NCBI GenBank assembly: GCA_963749495.1
Contig: CAVVMW010000018.1
Span: forward strand, 256,001-320,000
Source: an uncultured bacterium
GTDB taxonomy: Bacteria; Verrucomicrobiota; Verrucomicrobiia; Limisphaerales; UBA8199
DNA: 64,000 nucleotides
Reading direction: 5' to 3'
The translations under genes were made by a program, and so were the position numbers. Below are positions 1 through 9,450 of the stretch, piece after piece (the first letter of the stretch is position 1; the number at the start of each line of letters is the position of its first letter). Under the pieces are notes generated by a model. The model did no database searches. It was not told the DNA's origin and saw only the letters and a list, made by a program, of their open reading frames with translations.

Positions 1-277
1 CGCAGGGACCGGCTACGAACTGTTCGCCATCACTGCGGTCGTGCTCGGCGGCACCAGCATCTTCGGGGGCATCGGCTCGGTGCACGGCACCCTGCTCGGC
101 GTTGCTGCCCTGGCGGTCTTGAACAACGGCCTGGTCCACGCCCGGCTGCCGCGCGAGGCCGCCGGCGTGCTCACGGGCGCCCTGCTGCTCGTCACGGTGG
201 CCGCCGCCCGCCTCCCGCCTGGGGCCCTCCCCCGCCTCAGGGCCCGCTTGCCTCTACGACGACCCCCCACCGCGTAG
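1..277 (+). CDS. sugar ABC transporter permease (RbsC-like), C-terminal part
   Basis: GYELFAITAVVLGGTSIFGGIGSVHGTLLG motif of the BPD_transp_2 family; truncated by window edge. Confidence 0.85.
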   Translation, partial: AGTGYELFAITAVVLGGTSIFGGIGSVHGTLLGVAALAVLNNGLVHARLPREAAGVLTGALLLVTVAAARLPPGALPRLRARLPLRRPPTA

Positions 278-540
278 CGGTGTCTGATGGTAGCCGTGGA
301 CTTCAGTCCACGGTTGTCGCGTCCGAATCGTCGTGCGCCGCGTAGCGACGCCTGATATCGTTCCCCTCACAAATCAACTTAACCAACCCTCCAAACCTAT
401 GGCCAACACGTTGACGTGCCTCCAGAGAATGCCTCGCACCCCGGCGTGCTTTCCGGCGTCGCTACGCGACGCAAGTGATTTCTGGTTGCGGAGCCCGTGG
501 ACTGAAGTCCACGGCTACCGTCAGGCACCGCTACGCGGTG
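268..540. repeat. REP-like inverted repeat pair (REPIN-like)
   Basis: CCGCGTAGCGGTG..GGTAGCCGTGGACTTCAGTCCACGG (~269-313) mirrored by CCGTGGACTGAAGTCCACGGCTACC..CACCGCTACGCGG (~495-538). Confidence 0.85.
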
Positions 541-591
541 ACAAGGCCGCTGCCCCCATTTTTCTGCCTTGTCCTTTGTTTCCGCCGGGAC

Positions 592-1044
592 CTACGGCTT
601 CAACCGCTTGAGCGTGGCGCGCTTGAGTTCGCGCTCGGCCTCGCGGCGTTTGAGGTCTTCGCGCTTGTCGAACTGGGCTTTGCCCTTGCCGACAGCCAGA
701 GCGAGCTTGACTTTGCCGTTCTTCCAGTAGAAGGCCAGGGGCACCAGGGCGTTGCCTTTGACCTGGGCGTGGGCGGCGAGCTTGCGGATTTCCGATTTGT
801 GGAGCAGGAGCTTGCGCGGGGCCTTGGGCTGATGATTGAAGAGGTTGCCGTGGGAATACTCATCGATGTGAGCGTTGTAGAGGTAGGCCTCGCCGTTCTC
901 GACGCAGGCGAAGGCATCGGCAATCTGGCCCAGGCCGGCCCGGAGCGCCTTGACCTCGGTCCCGTGCAGGACGATCCCCGCCTCGAAGGTCTCCAGGATG
1001 TGGTAATCGCGCCGGGCCTTGGAGTTGGTCAAGAGGTCTGCCAT
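592..1044 (-). CDS. smpB: SsrA-binding protein SmpB
   Basis: NSKARRDYHILETFEAGIVLHGTEVKALR, RKLLLHK, GKGK..DKRE motifs. Confidence 0.97.
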   Translation of the reverse strand: MADLLTNSKARRDYHILETFEAGIVLHGTEVKALRAGLGQIADAFACVENGEAYLYNAHIDEYSHGNLFNHQPKAPRKLLLHKSEIRKLAAHAQVKGNALVPLAFYWKNGKVKLALAVGKGKAQFDKREDLKRREAERELKRATLKRLKP

Positions 1045-1080
1045 GTGCGGACGACGCGACCCTGGCTGGGCGCGACCACA

Positions 1081-1335
1081 CTAGTGTTTCTTGCGCTTCT
1101 TGCCGGCCGGGCGGGCCAAGGGCGCCACTTCCGGCATCTCGAAGCCGATCTTCTCTTCGATAATCTCGCGCAACGCGATGTCGGCGGCCCCGAGATTGCC
1201 CGTATCGGCCACGAGCGGACGGCTCAAGGCGCCGCCCCCGGAAGTGAGCTGGCGGACGCGGCGTGAAACCAGATTGACCAGAACGTTGGGATTGCCAACC
1301 TTCTCGAGTGCCTTCTTTGTAAATTCAGCGTTCAA
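1081..1335 (-). CDS. rpoZ: RNA polymerase omega subunit-like protein (TTG start inferred)
   Basis: ALEKVGNPNVLVNLVSRRVRQL...IALREIIEEKI resembles omega. Confidence 0.75.
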   Translation of the reverse strand: MNAEFTKKALEKVGNPNVLVNLVSRRVRQLTSGGGALSRPLVADTGNLGAADIALREIIEEKIGFEMPEVAPLARPAGKKRKKH

Positions 1336-1539
1336 AGCCTTTTTCCAGGTAATGCGAACCGAGCGGCATAAGGTAGCGTCCCAAGGGGCGAACGCAATCG
1401 AAAAGTGCGGCGCAAGAACCGCAAAATCGAGGCTAAGGCGGTGGAGAGGCAAAATCATTCTCGGCAAAATCGGTTCAAGACCCTCTTCCCATGATTCTGC
1501 CAATAATGATTTTGCCTGATGGTTCTGCCGTGTCCCGTT

Positions 1540-3209
1540 TCAGCGGGCGGCGGCGGTCTTCTTGGCCTCGAGCAGTTGCTCGATCTGGGCGTTGTGCGGC
1601 AGGCCGGCGGCCAGGGCCTTCTGGTAATGCCATCGCGCCAACTCGACCAGCGGCGGCTGCTGCGCCAGGTAATAGAGGGCGAGGTTTTTGTGGGGCTCGC
1701 CGTAGTTGGGCTGGAGCAGGACGGCCTTGCGGAAGGCGGCCTCGGCCGGGCCGCGCTGGCCCTTTTGGGTGAGGGCCAAGCCCAGGAAGTTCTGGATTTC
1801 ATAATCCTGGGGGTCGCTTTGCGCGGCGTGACTGAGGGCCTCCAGCGCCTGGTCATACTTCTCCTGCACCATTCTCAACTGGCCCAGGATGAGCAGGCTG
1901 AAGGCATCGTCCGGGGCCAGTTCCAGGGCCTGCTTGATGTGCTTCTCGGCCTCGTCCTGGCGGTTGAGCGTGAGCTGAATCAGCCCCAGGTTGGACAAGG
2001 CGCCGAGGTTCTTCTCGTCCTCGCGCAGGATCTGCAGATAGAGCGCCTCGGCCTTGTCGAATTGCTTGGCGTAGAAGTAGCTCCGGGCCTGGCTAACCAG
2101 GGCGGCCAGGCCGGGAGGCAGGTCGTGGACCGATTTGCGCACGGTGTTAGTCCGGGCCAGCTTCGGCTCCGGCGCCGTGAACAGGGCCAATTCTTCGGCC
2201 GAGTAAGGGACCTTTTGGGCTTCGAGCACCGCAAGCCGCGCCCGGAGTTTGTTGATCTCGGTCTGCTCCTGAGCCGCGCGGGAGGAGCCCTTGCCCTTGC
2301 GGGCGGCCAGGGCCTTGTTGGCGGCCTCGAGTTCCGGGTCAACTCGTCCCGCTGCCACTCGAGTTGCTTGAGGCGTTCGGCGTCCACAGAACGCGTGGGC
2401 GCCACCGCCGGAGCGGGCGTGGGCGCCACCGCCGAAGCGGGCGTGGGCGTCACTGCGGGAGCGGGCGGCGTCACTGCCGGAGAGGCCGGCGTCACCGCTG
2501 GAGCGGGCGGCGTCACTGCCGGAGGGGCCGGCGTCACCGCTGGAGCGGGCGGCGTCACTGCCGGGGAGGGCGGTGGGATTGTCCCGGTGGTGGCGGCCTT
2601 GGCCTGCTCGAGGCTGATGCTGAGCAAATCATTTTCTTTCCGGAGCGCCTTGATTCTCTCCTCTGCCTTGGCCAGTTCGCGAGGGTCGGCCTCGGCGGGT
2701 CGAACGGCCAGGGCCTCTTTGAGCTTGGCCTCCAGCAGGGCTTTGTCGGCCTGGAGTTGGTTCTTTTCCGCCGCCAGTTGTTGCGTCTCCTCCTTGAGGG
2801 CGTTGACCTGGTTGGTCCATTCGGTGAGCGCCGGGGCCGGGGCGGGCTGTGCGGCGGCGGGGCCCGGGGGCGGCGCCGGATTGGCCTGGCCGGGGGCGGT
2901 GCTGGAGGCGGGAATGGCCGTTACGGGCAGCTTGGCGCTAACAGCGGCGAGCCTGGACGCCAGGTAATTGAGACGGTAATCGACGGCGATGACATTCCAG
3001 TCCGGGTAGGCCTTGCGGAATTTCTGGAGGGCGGACTGGGCGACCGCGTATTGGGCCAGGGCCTGGCGGACCTGGCCGCTGTCGTTGAGGGTATCGGCCT
3101 CCCGGATCTGCTTGTAAATCTCGATGTAACGGTCGTCGGCCTCGCCGGCGCTCACCCCCGCCAGGGAACCGAGCAACAGGGCCAAAACCAGTGCGAAACA
3201 GCGTTTCAT
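1540..3209 (-). CDS. secreted coiled-coil/TPR protein; apparent frameshift near 2335
   Basis: signal peptide MKRCFALVLALLLG; Pro/Ala linker; TPRs in the second frame; adding one G gives ELTRELEAANK. Confidence 0.8.
2392..2572 (-). repeat. coding tandem repeat, 21-24 bp units (PAPAVTP)
   Basis: repeated GGCGTCAC(T/C)GC units. Confidence 0.9.
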
Positions 3210-3357
3210 GCTGCCCATGATACTGGGAGCCGCCGTAGAGGCGCAAACCCAAAACCTTGCGTCCGACGGGTCTGACGAGTCCGACCGGTCCGACGGCGAG
3301 CCATCATGGAGGGGTAAGTCCAAACCCTTGCGGGCTCGGGGTCAGTTCATGGAGGGC

Positions 3358-4281
3358 TCAATCATTTTCCCGGGCAGGTTCCCCTTCCGGGACCAACGCG
3401 CCCGGAAGGCCTTCCTGGGCGGCCCGGCCGCCAGGCTGCCGGCCGTTGTTCTGCCGCCAAATCCCAAGGATCGGCGCAGCCATGAACAACCAGGCGATGC
3501 AAAACAGCGGCCAGTTAAAGGCGCTCGGCAGCATGTTGCGGAGCGCGTCCACGCCCTGGCCGGCCACGCGCAAAGCATCGGCCATGAAGGTGTAGAGGGC
3601 CAGGGCGATGCCCAGGAAACCGAGCGCATTCTGCACACGGGCGGGGCGGCGCCGAGCCGCCCGGGCCTCGTCTCGCCCTGCAAGGGCGCCCCACGCGATC
3701 ATCAACAGGGCGATCGAAACCGGCGCGAGCACCGGCCCCCACCAGGGCAGTGGGACCAGGAAAAGGATGTCCCAATCCAGCAGCGAGTGCGGCCAGCCGC
3801 ATATCAGCCGCAGGAACACGTAATAGGCGATGTCCCACACGCCAAACGCCAGCGCGGCGCAGCCCAACCGCCCGCGCCACGTGCGCCCTGCCAGGATGCC
3901 CACCATCAGCAGCATGGTGAGCGTGGCCAACTCCCGCACCAGCTCGACCTCGCCTATTGCGCCGAGGACCGGCAACGGGTTCGGCTGATACGGCTCAAGC
4001 CGTCCAATCATCGTGCGCAGGTAGAAGACCACGGCGGACTCGACCCAGCCCATCGCAACCGCAAAGACACCGACCGTGAGCAAACAGCGGGCGCCCCGCC
4101 CCGGCCAGGCGCCTCTGCCTCGAGCCTGTCCCGAGAACTCCGATTCCGGACCCTTGTCGCCACCTTTGTCGCCACCTTTGTCGGAACCTTTGTCGAAAAA
4201 CCGGCCAATCCGACAAAGGTCGCGACAAAGGTTGCGACAAAGGTTGGCTCTCGCGGGGCGGTTAAGACAGGCTCGATTCAT
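3358..4281 (-). CDS. integral membrane protein (start uncertain; N-terminus runs through a repeat)
   Basis: multiple TM segments; AMGWVESAVVFYLR, WDILFLVPLPWWGPV. Confidence 0.7.
   Translation of the reverse strand: MNRACLNRPARANLCRNLCRDLCRIGRFFDKGSDKGGDKGGDKGPESEFSGQARGRGAWPGRGARCLLTVGVFAVAMGWVESAVVFYLRTMIGRLEPYQPNPLPVLGAIGEVELVRELATLTMLLMVGILAGRTWRGRLGCAALAFGVWDIAYYVFLRLICGWPHSLLDWDILFLVPLPWWGPVLAPVSIALLMIAWGALAGRDEARAARRRPARVQNALGFLGIALALYTFMADALRVAGQGVDALRNMLPSAFNWPLFCIAWLFMAAPILGIWRQNNGRQPGGRAAQEGLPGALVPEGEPAREND
4150..4245. repeat. palindromic 12-bp-unit repeat (CTTTGTCG.../...CGACAAAG)
   Basis: 4 forward plus 3 inverted units; second copy at ~50452-50533. Confidence 0.9.
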
Positions 4282-4371
4282 TTCTAGGAATCGCAGGGTT
4301 GCGGGCTAGCTCGACAATGTCAAGCCGGCGCCGGTTGCGATTAAAAGCGTCGGTCATGCGCTCGGGGGTTT

Positions 4372-4562
4372 TGTCCCGGAGGGACATCTGACAATAGCCC
4401 GGCGTTTCAACGCCGGGGAGGCCACAAGAGGGACCCCTCGTCCCGAAGGGACGATTGAGAACACGCCTTGCTTTCAGCCGTCCCTTCGGGACGGACCTGC
4501 TCTTTGGGTCCGCTCACCCGGCGTTGAAACGCCGGGCTATTGTCGGAAGCCCCTTCGGGGCA
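4372..4562. repeat. REP-like palindrome cluster
   Basis: GACAATAGCCCGGCGTTTCAACGCCGGG / CCCGGCGTTGAAACGCCGGGCTATTGTC with GTCCCGAAGGGAC hairpins. Confidence 0.85.
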
Positions 4563-5459
4563 AAACGGCGCCGTGGGCTGATCAACGGTTTTAATCGCAC
4601 CCACCGGCGCCGGGGCCGGTTGGGCAGCGGCGTATTTGAGGAGCCACTGCTCGACGGCGTCGATCACCGCATCGGGTGTGGAGGTGCCGGCGGTCACGCC
4701 GACCGTGTGTGCCTGGGCGAACCACTCGGGGAGGAGGTCCCCGGCGGTCTGGACGTGATGAACGCGGGGGCAATAGCGGCTGCAGGAGCGGACCAGTTCG
4801 CTCGTGTTGTTGCTCTGCGCCCCGCCGATGACCACGACGACGTCCGATTGCCGGGCCAGCTCGACGGCCGCATTCTGGCGCAGCTTGGTGGGCTGGCAAA
4901 CGGTATCGATGAACCGCACCTCGGCGTTGGGAAAACGCTGGCGCAGGAGCTCGACCAGGCGCCGGACGCGCTCGATCGGCTGCGTGGTTTGCGCCGCCAC
5001 GCCGAACCGCCCCCGCTCCTGCAGTTCGTAAATGTCCCCCTCCGAAAGCACCACGTCGAAGTCCGCCAGGTCCTCGGTCAGGCCGCGCACTTCCGCGTGG
5101 TCGCGTTTGCCGACGATGACCGGGTGGAAACCTTCCCGCACCAGGCTGGCCACGGCCCGATGCGCCACCCGCACCAGCGGGCAGGTCGCCTCGCTCACGC
5201 GCAACCCGCGCTCCCGCGCCCGGTTCAAGGCCCTCGCCGAGGCCCCGTGCGCACTTACCAGGACCGACTGGGACTGGACGGCGCCGGGGTGAGGGGCGAT
5301 GCGGATGCCCCGCCGCCCCAGGTCCGCCAGCACGCTCTCGTTGTGGACCAACTCGCCCAGGACCGTTACAGGCCCGGCCTCCGATTGTTCCAACGCCAGG
5401 GCGATGGCGTCGCGCACGCCGAAGCACATGCCCAGGTGTCCCGCTCGAATAATTCTCAT
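4407..5459 (-). CDS. ispH: 4-hydroxy-3-methylbut-2-enyl diphosphate reductase
   Basis: GMCFGV, ELVHN, ATCPLV, AQTT, DTVC, SNN, AGTSTP motifs; C-terminus reads into the REP. Confidence 0.96.
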   Translation of the reverse strand: MRIIRAGHLGMCFGVRDAIALALEQSEAGPVTVLGELVHNESVLADLGRRGIRIAPHPGAVQSQSVLVSAHGASARALNRARERGLRVSEATCPLVRVAHRAVASLVREGFHPVIVGKRDHAEVRGLTEDLADFDVVLSEGDIYELQERGRFGVAAQTTQPIERVRRLVELLRQRFPNAEVRFIDTVCQPTKLRQNAAVELARQSDVVVVIGGAQSNNTSELVRSCSRYCPRVHHVQTAGDLLPEWFAQAHTVGVTAGTSTPDAVIDAVEQWLLKYAAAQPAPAPVGAIKTVDQPTAPFCPEGASDNSPAFQRRVSGPKEQVRPEGTAESKACSQSSLRDEGSLLWPPRR

Positions 5460-5535
5460 GGCATCGTTCCGGTTTGGGCCGTTGCCGGCCCTCTCGGGTT
5501 CAACGGCGCCCGCGGCGGACCGCCGAACCCACATT

Positions 5536-5554
5536 TACTTTGTATCACAAAGTA
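5536..5554. promoter_or_regulatory. palindromic operator TACTTTGTATCACAAAGTA upstream of ispH
   Basis: near-perfect palindrome; near-identical copy at 6537-6554. Confidence 0.65.
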
Positions 5555-5593
5555 TAGGACCTTGTCAAGGGGCGTTTTGTTCATTGTCGCCCC

Positions 5594-5902
5594 TCATTTC
5601 GTCCGGCTCTGCCGGACGATCTCTTCCAGCAGGTTGATGTAATTGGTGAAGGCGCGCTGGCCTGCGCGTGTGAGCGAGCAGGTGGTCAGCGGGCGGTTGT
5701 TGTGAAAGGACTTGGTCACCGAGAGGTAGCCGGCCTCCTGGAGCGTGCGGATGTGGGTGGTGAGGTTGCCGTCGGTCATTCCCAGGGCGTCGCGCAGTTC
5801 GGTGAAGGAGAGGTCGGGCGTGGCGGCGAGCATGGACATGATTGCCAGCCGTCCCTTCTCGTGGATGACGCGGTCCAGATGGAGGAAGGGTTCCGGGTTC
5901 AC
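5594..5902 (-). CDS. winged-helix transcriptional regulator (MarR/ArsR-like)
   Basis: LDRVIHEKGRLAIM..FTELRDAL.MTDGNLTTHIRTLQEAGY. Confidence 0.9.
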   Translation of the reverse strand: MNPEPFLHLDRVIHEKGRLAIMSMLAATPDLSFTELRDALGMTDGNLTTHIRTLQEAGYLSVTKSFHNNRPLTTCSLTRAGQRAFTNYINLLEEIVRQSRTK

Positions 5903-6531
5903 GTCTCATTCCTGCGTGACTCGGTGGAGTAGAGATAAATGCCGCAGGCGAGGTGGGACAGACCGAAGAACAGTCCCATCACCCCGTGGGCGAAAAGGAC
6001 CGGGTCCGGCTGGAAGGAAAGGCCCAGCGCCCCGGCCGCGCTGCTGCCCAAGACCAGGGCCCAGCCGAAGATCTTCATGCCTCGGGGCATGAAGAAGCCG
6101 GCCGCGTGCAGGGCGCAGCCGTAGAGAGCAACCCAAACCAGCGGCAGCCAGCGCATCCAGAGGGCGGTGCCGGCCGGGCCGGCATCGCGCGCCAGCAGGG
6201 CCAGGCCCAGGGCAAAGCCGAAGAAGAGCGGCGGCAGCAGGGCCTGGGCCACCCGGCGCGTGGGCGGGGACCAGAACGGCTCCTGGTCCTTGAGGGCCTG
6301 GCGCCGCACCAGCAGGAACGAGCCCGCCACGCCCACCAGGGCCACGGCCATCCAGTAGGCGATGAACTGGCGCGGCCCCTCCAGCCGCGCCGCCAGGCCG
6401 CCTACGGCGGCCAGCGTGCCCAGCACGCCGTTGGCCGTCATCACCGGGGCCAGGGCCCGGCGATACACGGCGGAACGTTCCATGAGCGTGCGGATGACCT
6501 GCAGATGCTCGGTAGCCCAATCAGATTCCAT
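5899..6531 (-). CDS. integral membrane protein
   Basis: about 6 TM segments; overlaps regulator start. Confidence 0.8.
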   Translation of the reverse strand: MESDWATEHLQVIRTLMERSAVYRRALAPVMTANGVLGTLAAVGGLAARLEGPRQFIAYWMAVALVGVAGSFLLVRRQALKDQEPFWSPPTRRVAQALLPPLFFGFALGLALLARDAGPAGTALWMRWLPLVWVALYGCALHAAGFFMPRGMKIFGWALVLGSSAAGALGLSFQPDPVLFAHGVMGLFFGLSHLACGIYLYSTESRRNET

Positions 6532-6536
6532 GGCAC

Positions 6537-6554
6537 TACTTTGTATCGCAAAGC
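6537..6554. promoter_or_regulatory. operator TACTTTGTATCGCAAAGC just upstream of the 6531 start
   Basis: matches 5536-5554. Confidence 0.65.
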
Positions 6555-6666
6555 CTTAACCCTGGCAAGTGTTTTTTTTGTGGAACGACGCAGCGGCGGA
6601 GCCGCAGCCCGAAGGAACGAATTGACAGCCGATTACAAGGATTTCTTTTATCCGTGCCATTCGTGC

Positions 6667-6892
6667 TGCAACCCGGAGGGTTGCCAGATGGTAGCCGGGG
6701 GTCGCGGCTACGACGCGACCCCCGGTGCGTGGCGGGTAAGGTCCGGCACCCCGGACGGGGTGCCAGAAACAGACGCACCCGGTCTGAGCCACCCTCTGGC
6801 ATCCCTCCGGGATGCGGACGCACTGCGCCGCGAGACCGGGGGTCTCGCTGCGCTTCGACCCCCGGCTACCCTCTTTCATCCCTCCGGGATGG
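6667..6892. repeat. REP-like palindrome cluster
   Basis: GGTAGCCGGGGGTCG / CGACCCCCGGCTACC, CATCCCTCCGGGATG hairpins. Confidence 0.85.
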
Positions 6893-7069
6893 GCCGGGCT
6901 TGACGCGGGGCGGGCCTGCGGGCAGACTCGGGGGCGTGAAATCGGACACCGAGGCATGTTCCGCCAGGCCGCGCACGGCCGCGATGGCGCGCTCCGAGTC
7001 CAGCCCGGCGGCAGGGCGTCCGAGGCATCTCCAACGCAGGACCTGCAAACCAAACCCACCGCATTGTTT

Positions 7070-8398
7070 ATGAAACGACGTCATTTTCTCAAAACCGCCG
7101 CCTTCACCGGAGCCGCGGGGCTCATCCTGCCCCGTGTGCGCCTGTTCGGCGCCGACGCCCCGAGCAACAAGCTCAACGTCGCGCTCATCGGCACCTGGGG
7201 CCGCGGCGAAGCCCATTTCGACGGCCTGGCCACTGAGAACGTCGTCGCCCTGTGCGACGTGAACGAGGAGCACCTGGCCTTCGGGGCCAAGCGCTTCCCG
7301 GGCGCAAAGCAACACGTGGATTGGCGGAAATGTCTCGAACAGAAGGACATCGAGGCGGTCGTCTGCTGCACGGCCGATCACACCCATGCCTTTGTGGCCA
7401 ACTGGGCCATGAACCGGGGCCAGCACATCTATTGCGAGAAACCGCTGGGCAACTGCGTCGAGGAGGTCCGGGTGTTGCGCGCCAATTATCTGAAGAACAA
7501 GGACAAGCTGGCCACCCAGTGCGGCACCCAGCGCCATGAATACGAGAACTTCAACCGGGTGAGCGAGTTGGTCCGCGACGGCGCGATCGGGGACCTGATC
7601 GAGGTCTGCGCCTGGGGCGACCGCCAGTTCCGAAAGCCCGGCTACCTGCCGGCCCAGGGCCAGCCGCCCGCGACCTTCCACTTCGACCTCTGGCTGGGGC
7701 CTTCGCCGGAGCACCCCTGGAATCCGGGCTATTTCTCGGGCTCCTCGGGCATGAACTGCCTCTCCTGGAACATGTACTGGGACTTCGGCAGCGGGCAGGT
7801 GGGCGACATGGGCAGCCACACCATGGACCTGGCCTGGAACGCCATCGACGGCGCCCTGCCCACCTCCGCCCAGGCCAAAGGCGACCCCTTCAACCCGGAG
7901 GTCACCCCGGTCAAATTGCAGATGGATTTCGACCTTCCCGCCAATGACTGGCGCAAGGCCATCCGCGTCTCGTGGTACCAGGGCGGCGCCATGCCCGAGT
8001 CCCCGGTGGAGTACCTCGACCTTCACAAGATCGACCACGGCGCCTTGTTCGAGGGCACCAAGGGCTTCCTGGCCGCCGGGTTCGAGTCGCGCATCCTCTT
8101 CCCGTTGCGCGACAAGGCCGACATGACCTACTACAAACCCCGGCGCAAGGAGGAACTCTTCAAGCCGCTGGGCAATTTCCAAAGGCAGTGGATCAACGCC
8201 TGCAAAGGCAGCCTCAAGACCTCCTGCAATTTCGACTACAGCGGCACCATGACCGAGATGATGCTGCTGGGCCTGGTCGCCTACAGGGCCGGCAAGAAGA
8301 TAGCTTACGACGGCGAGGCGGGACGCGTCACCGATGCCGGCGAGTGCAACGACCTGCTGCGCCGCAAGTATCGGCCCGGCTGGACGCTCAACGGATAG
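7070..8398 (+). CDS. Gfo/Idh/MocA oxidoreductase with Tat signal
   Basis: MKRRHFLK Tat motif; DHTHA, YCEKPL, GDMGSH. Confidence 0.93.
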   Translation: MKRRHFLKTAAFTGAAGLILPRVRLFGADAPSNKLNVALIGTWGRGEAHFDGLATENVVALCDVNEEHLAFGAKRFPGAKQHVDWRKCLEQKDIEAVVCCTADHTHAFVANWAMNRGQHIYCEKPLGNCVEEVRVLRANYLKNKDKLATQCGTQRHEYENFNRVSELVRDGAIGDLIEVCAWGDRQFRKPGYLPAQGQPPATFHFDLWLGPSPEHPWNPGYFSGSSGMNCLSWNMYWDFGSGQVGDMGSHTMDLAWNAIDGALPTSAQAKGDPFNPEVTPVKLQMDFDLPANDWRKAIRVSWYQGGAMPESPVEYLDLHKIDHGALFEGTKGFLAAGFESRILFPLRDKADMTYYKPRRKEELFKPLGNFQRQWINACKGSLKTSCNFDYSGTMTEMMLLGLVAYRAGKKIAYDGEAGRVTDAGECNDLLRRKYRPGWTLNG

Positions 8399-8399
8399 C

Positions 8400-8990
8400 A
8401 TGTTCGGACAGCGCCTGGCGAGGGTCGGCGGGATCGGAGCGGTCCTGTTTGGGGTGGGGCTGGCGATCGGGGTCTTTGGGCCGCGCTGGTTGGGGATTGG
8501 CGCCGGGCCAAAGGTCTATAGCAGCGCCACTCTGCTCCAGCAGGTCAAGACGGTCTCCGAGTTGGTGACCGTGCAGTACGTGATCGAGAAGGTCGTGGTG
8601 GTGGAGGACGTGAAATGGATAGCCGGCCTGGGAGAGAACCGGGTGCTGTTGATCGCCCACGGCATTGTCAGGGCCGGGCTCGATTTGGGCCGCCTGCAGC
8701 CCGCCGACATCGAGGTCTCCGGCAAGCAGGTGGTCCTCAAGCTGCCGCCGATGCAGATCACCGAGGCCTATCTCGACGAGAAGGAGACGCGGGTGGTCGA
8801 GCGCTCGACGGGGTTCCTGCGCTCCTTTGACAAGAACCTGGAACAGACCGCCCGCCAAAACGCGCTCGAGGACATTCGGCGCGCCGCTCAAAAGGGCGGG
8901 ATACTCGACGACGCCGAGAGCCGCGCCCGGGCGCAATTGACGAACCTCTTCAGGCAGTTGGGCTTCGAGCAGGTCCAATTCCGTAAATGA
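8400..8990 (+). CDS. DUF4230-like membrane-anchored protein
   Basis: N-terminal TM; SELVTVQY..GIVRAGLDL..LP..ILDDAE. Confidence 0.8.
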   Translation: MFGQRLARVGGIGAVLFGVGLAIGVFGPRWLGIGAGPKVYSSATLLQQVKTVSELVTVQYVIEKVVVVEDVKWIAGLGENRVLLIAHGIVRAGLDLGRLQPADIEVSGKQVVLKLPPMQITEAYLDEKETRVVERSTGFLRSFDKNLEQTARQNALEDIRRAAQKGGILDDAESRARAQLTNLFRQLGFEQVQFRK

Positions 8991-9110
8991 GTCCACAGTC
9001 CACAGTCCACAGTCCACAGTCCGGTTCACCTGCGCCATGCGGCGAGCCATCGGCTATTGGCTATCGCCCATCGGCTATTCCCGAATCCGTCCACAGTCCA
9101 CGGCCCATAG
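8990..9110. repeat. heptamer tandem repeats (GTCCACA)n and GGCTATY
   Basis: direct reading. Confidence 0.9.
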
Positions 9111-9116
9111 CGCGAT

Positions 9117-9384
9117 GGCGCAAGCCCGCCGGCAGACTGCACGCGCAGCACCGCCTCTTCGTTTCCTTCGTTTCCTTCTGTTGGTTTCCCTCCCTTCCTT
9201 CTGTTTGGCGCAAGCCCGCCGGCAGCCTGCACGGCCATGAGGCCTCTTCGTTCTCTTCGTTTCCTTCTGTTGGTTTCCCTCCTTTCCTTCTGTTTGGCGC
9301 AAGCCCGCCGACAGACTGCACGCGCAGCACCGCCTCTTCGTTTCCTTCGTTTCCTTCTGTTGGTTTCCCTCCTTTCCTTCTGTT
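9117..9384. repeat. three tandem 89-90 bp units containing CTTCGTTTCCTTC nonamers
   Basis: units start at 9117, 9207 and 9296 with GGCGCAAGCCCGCC. Confidence 0.9.
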
Positions 9385-9450
9385 CTATGCCCTTCTTGTT
9401 GAAATCCCGCTTGGCAGCGGGCGCCGGTTTTGGTTTAGTCAGCGCGCCAA

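Noticed and set aside
280..1100. tmRNA or tRNA next to smpB
   Set aside because: No tRNA-like ends or tag reading frame recognised.
8990..9384. CRISPR array
   Set aside because: Units are near-identical tandem repeats without unique spacers, and no cas genes are present.
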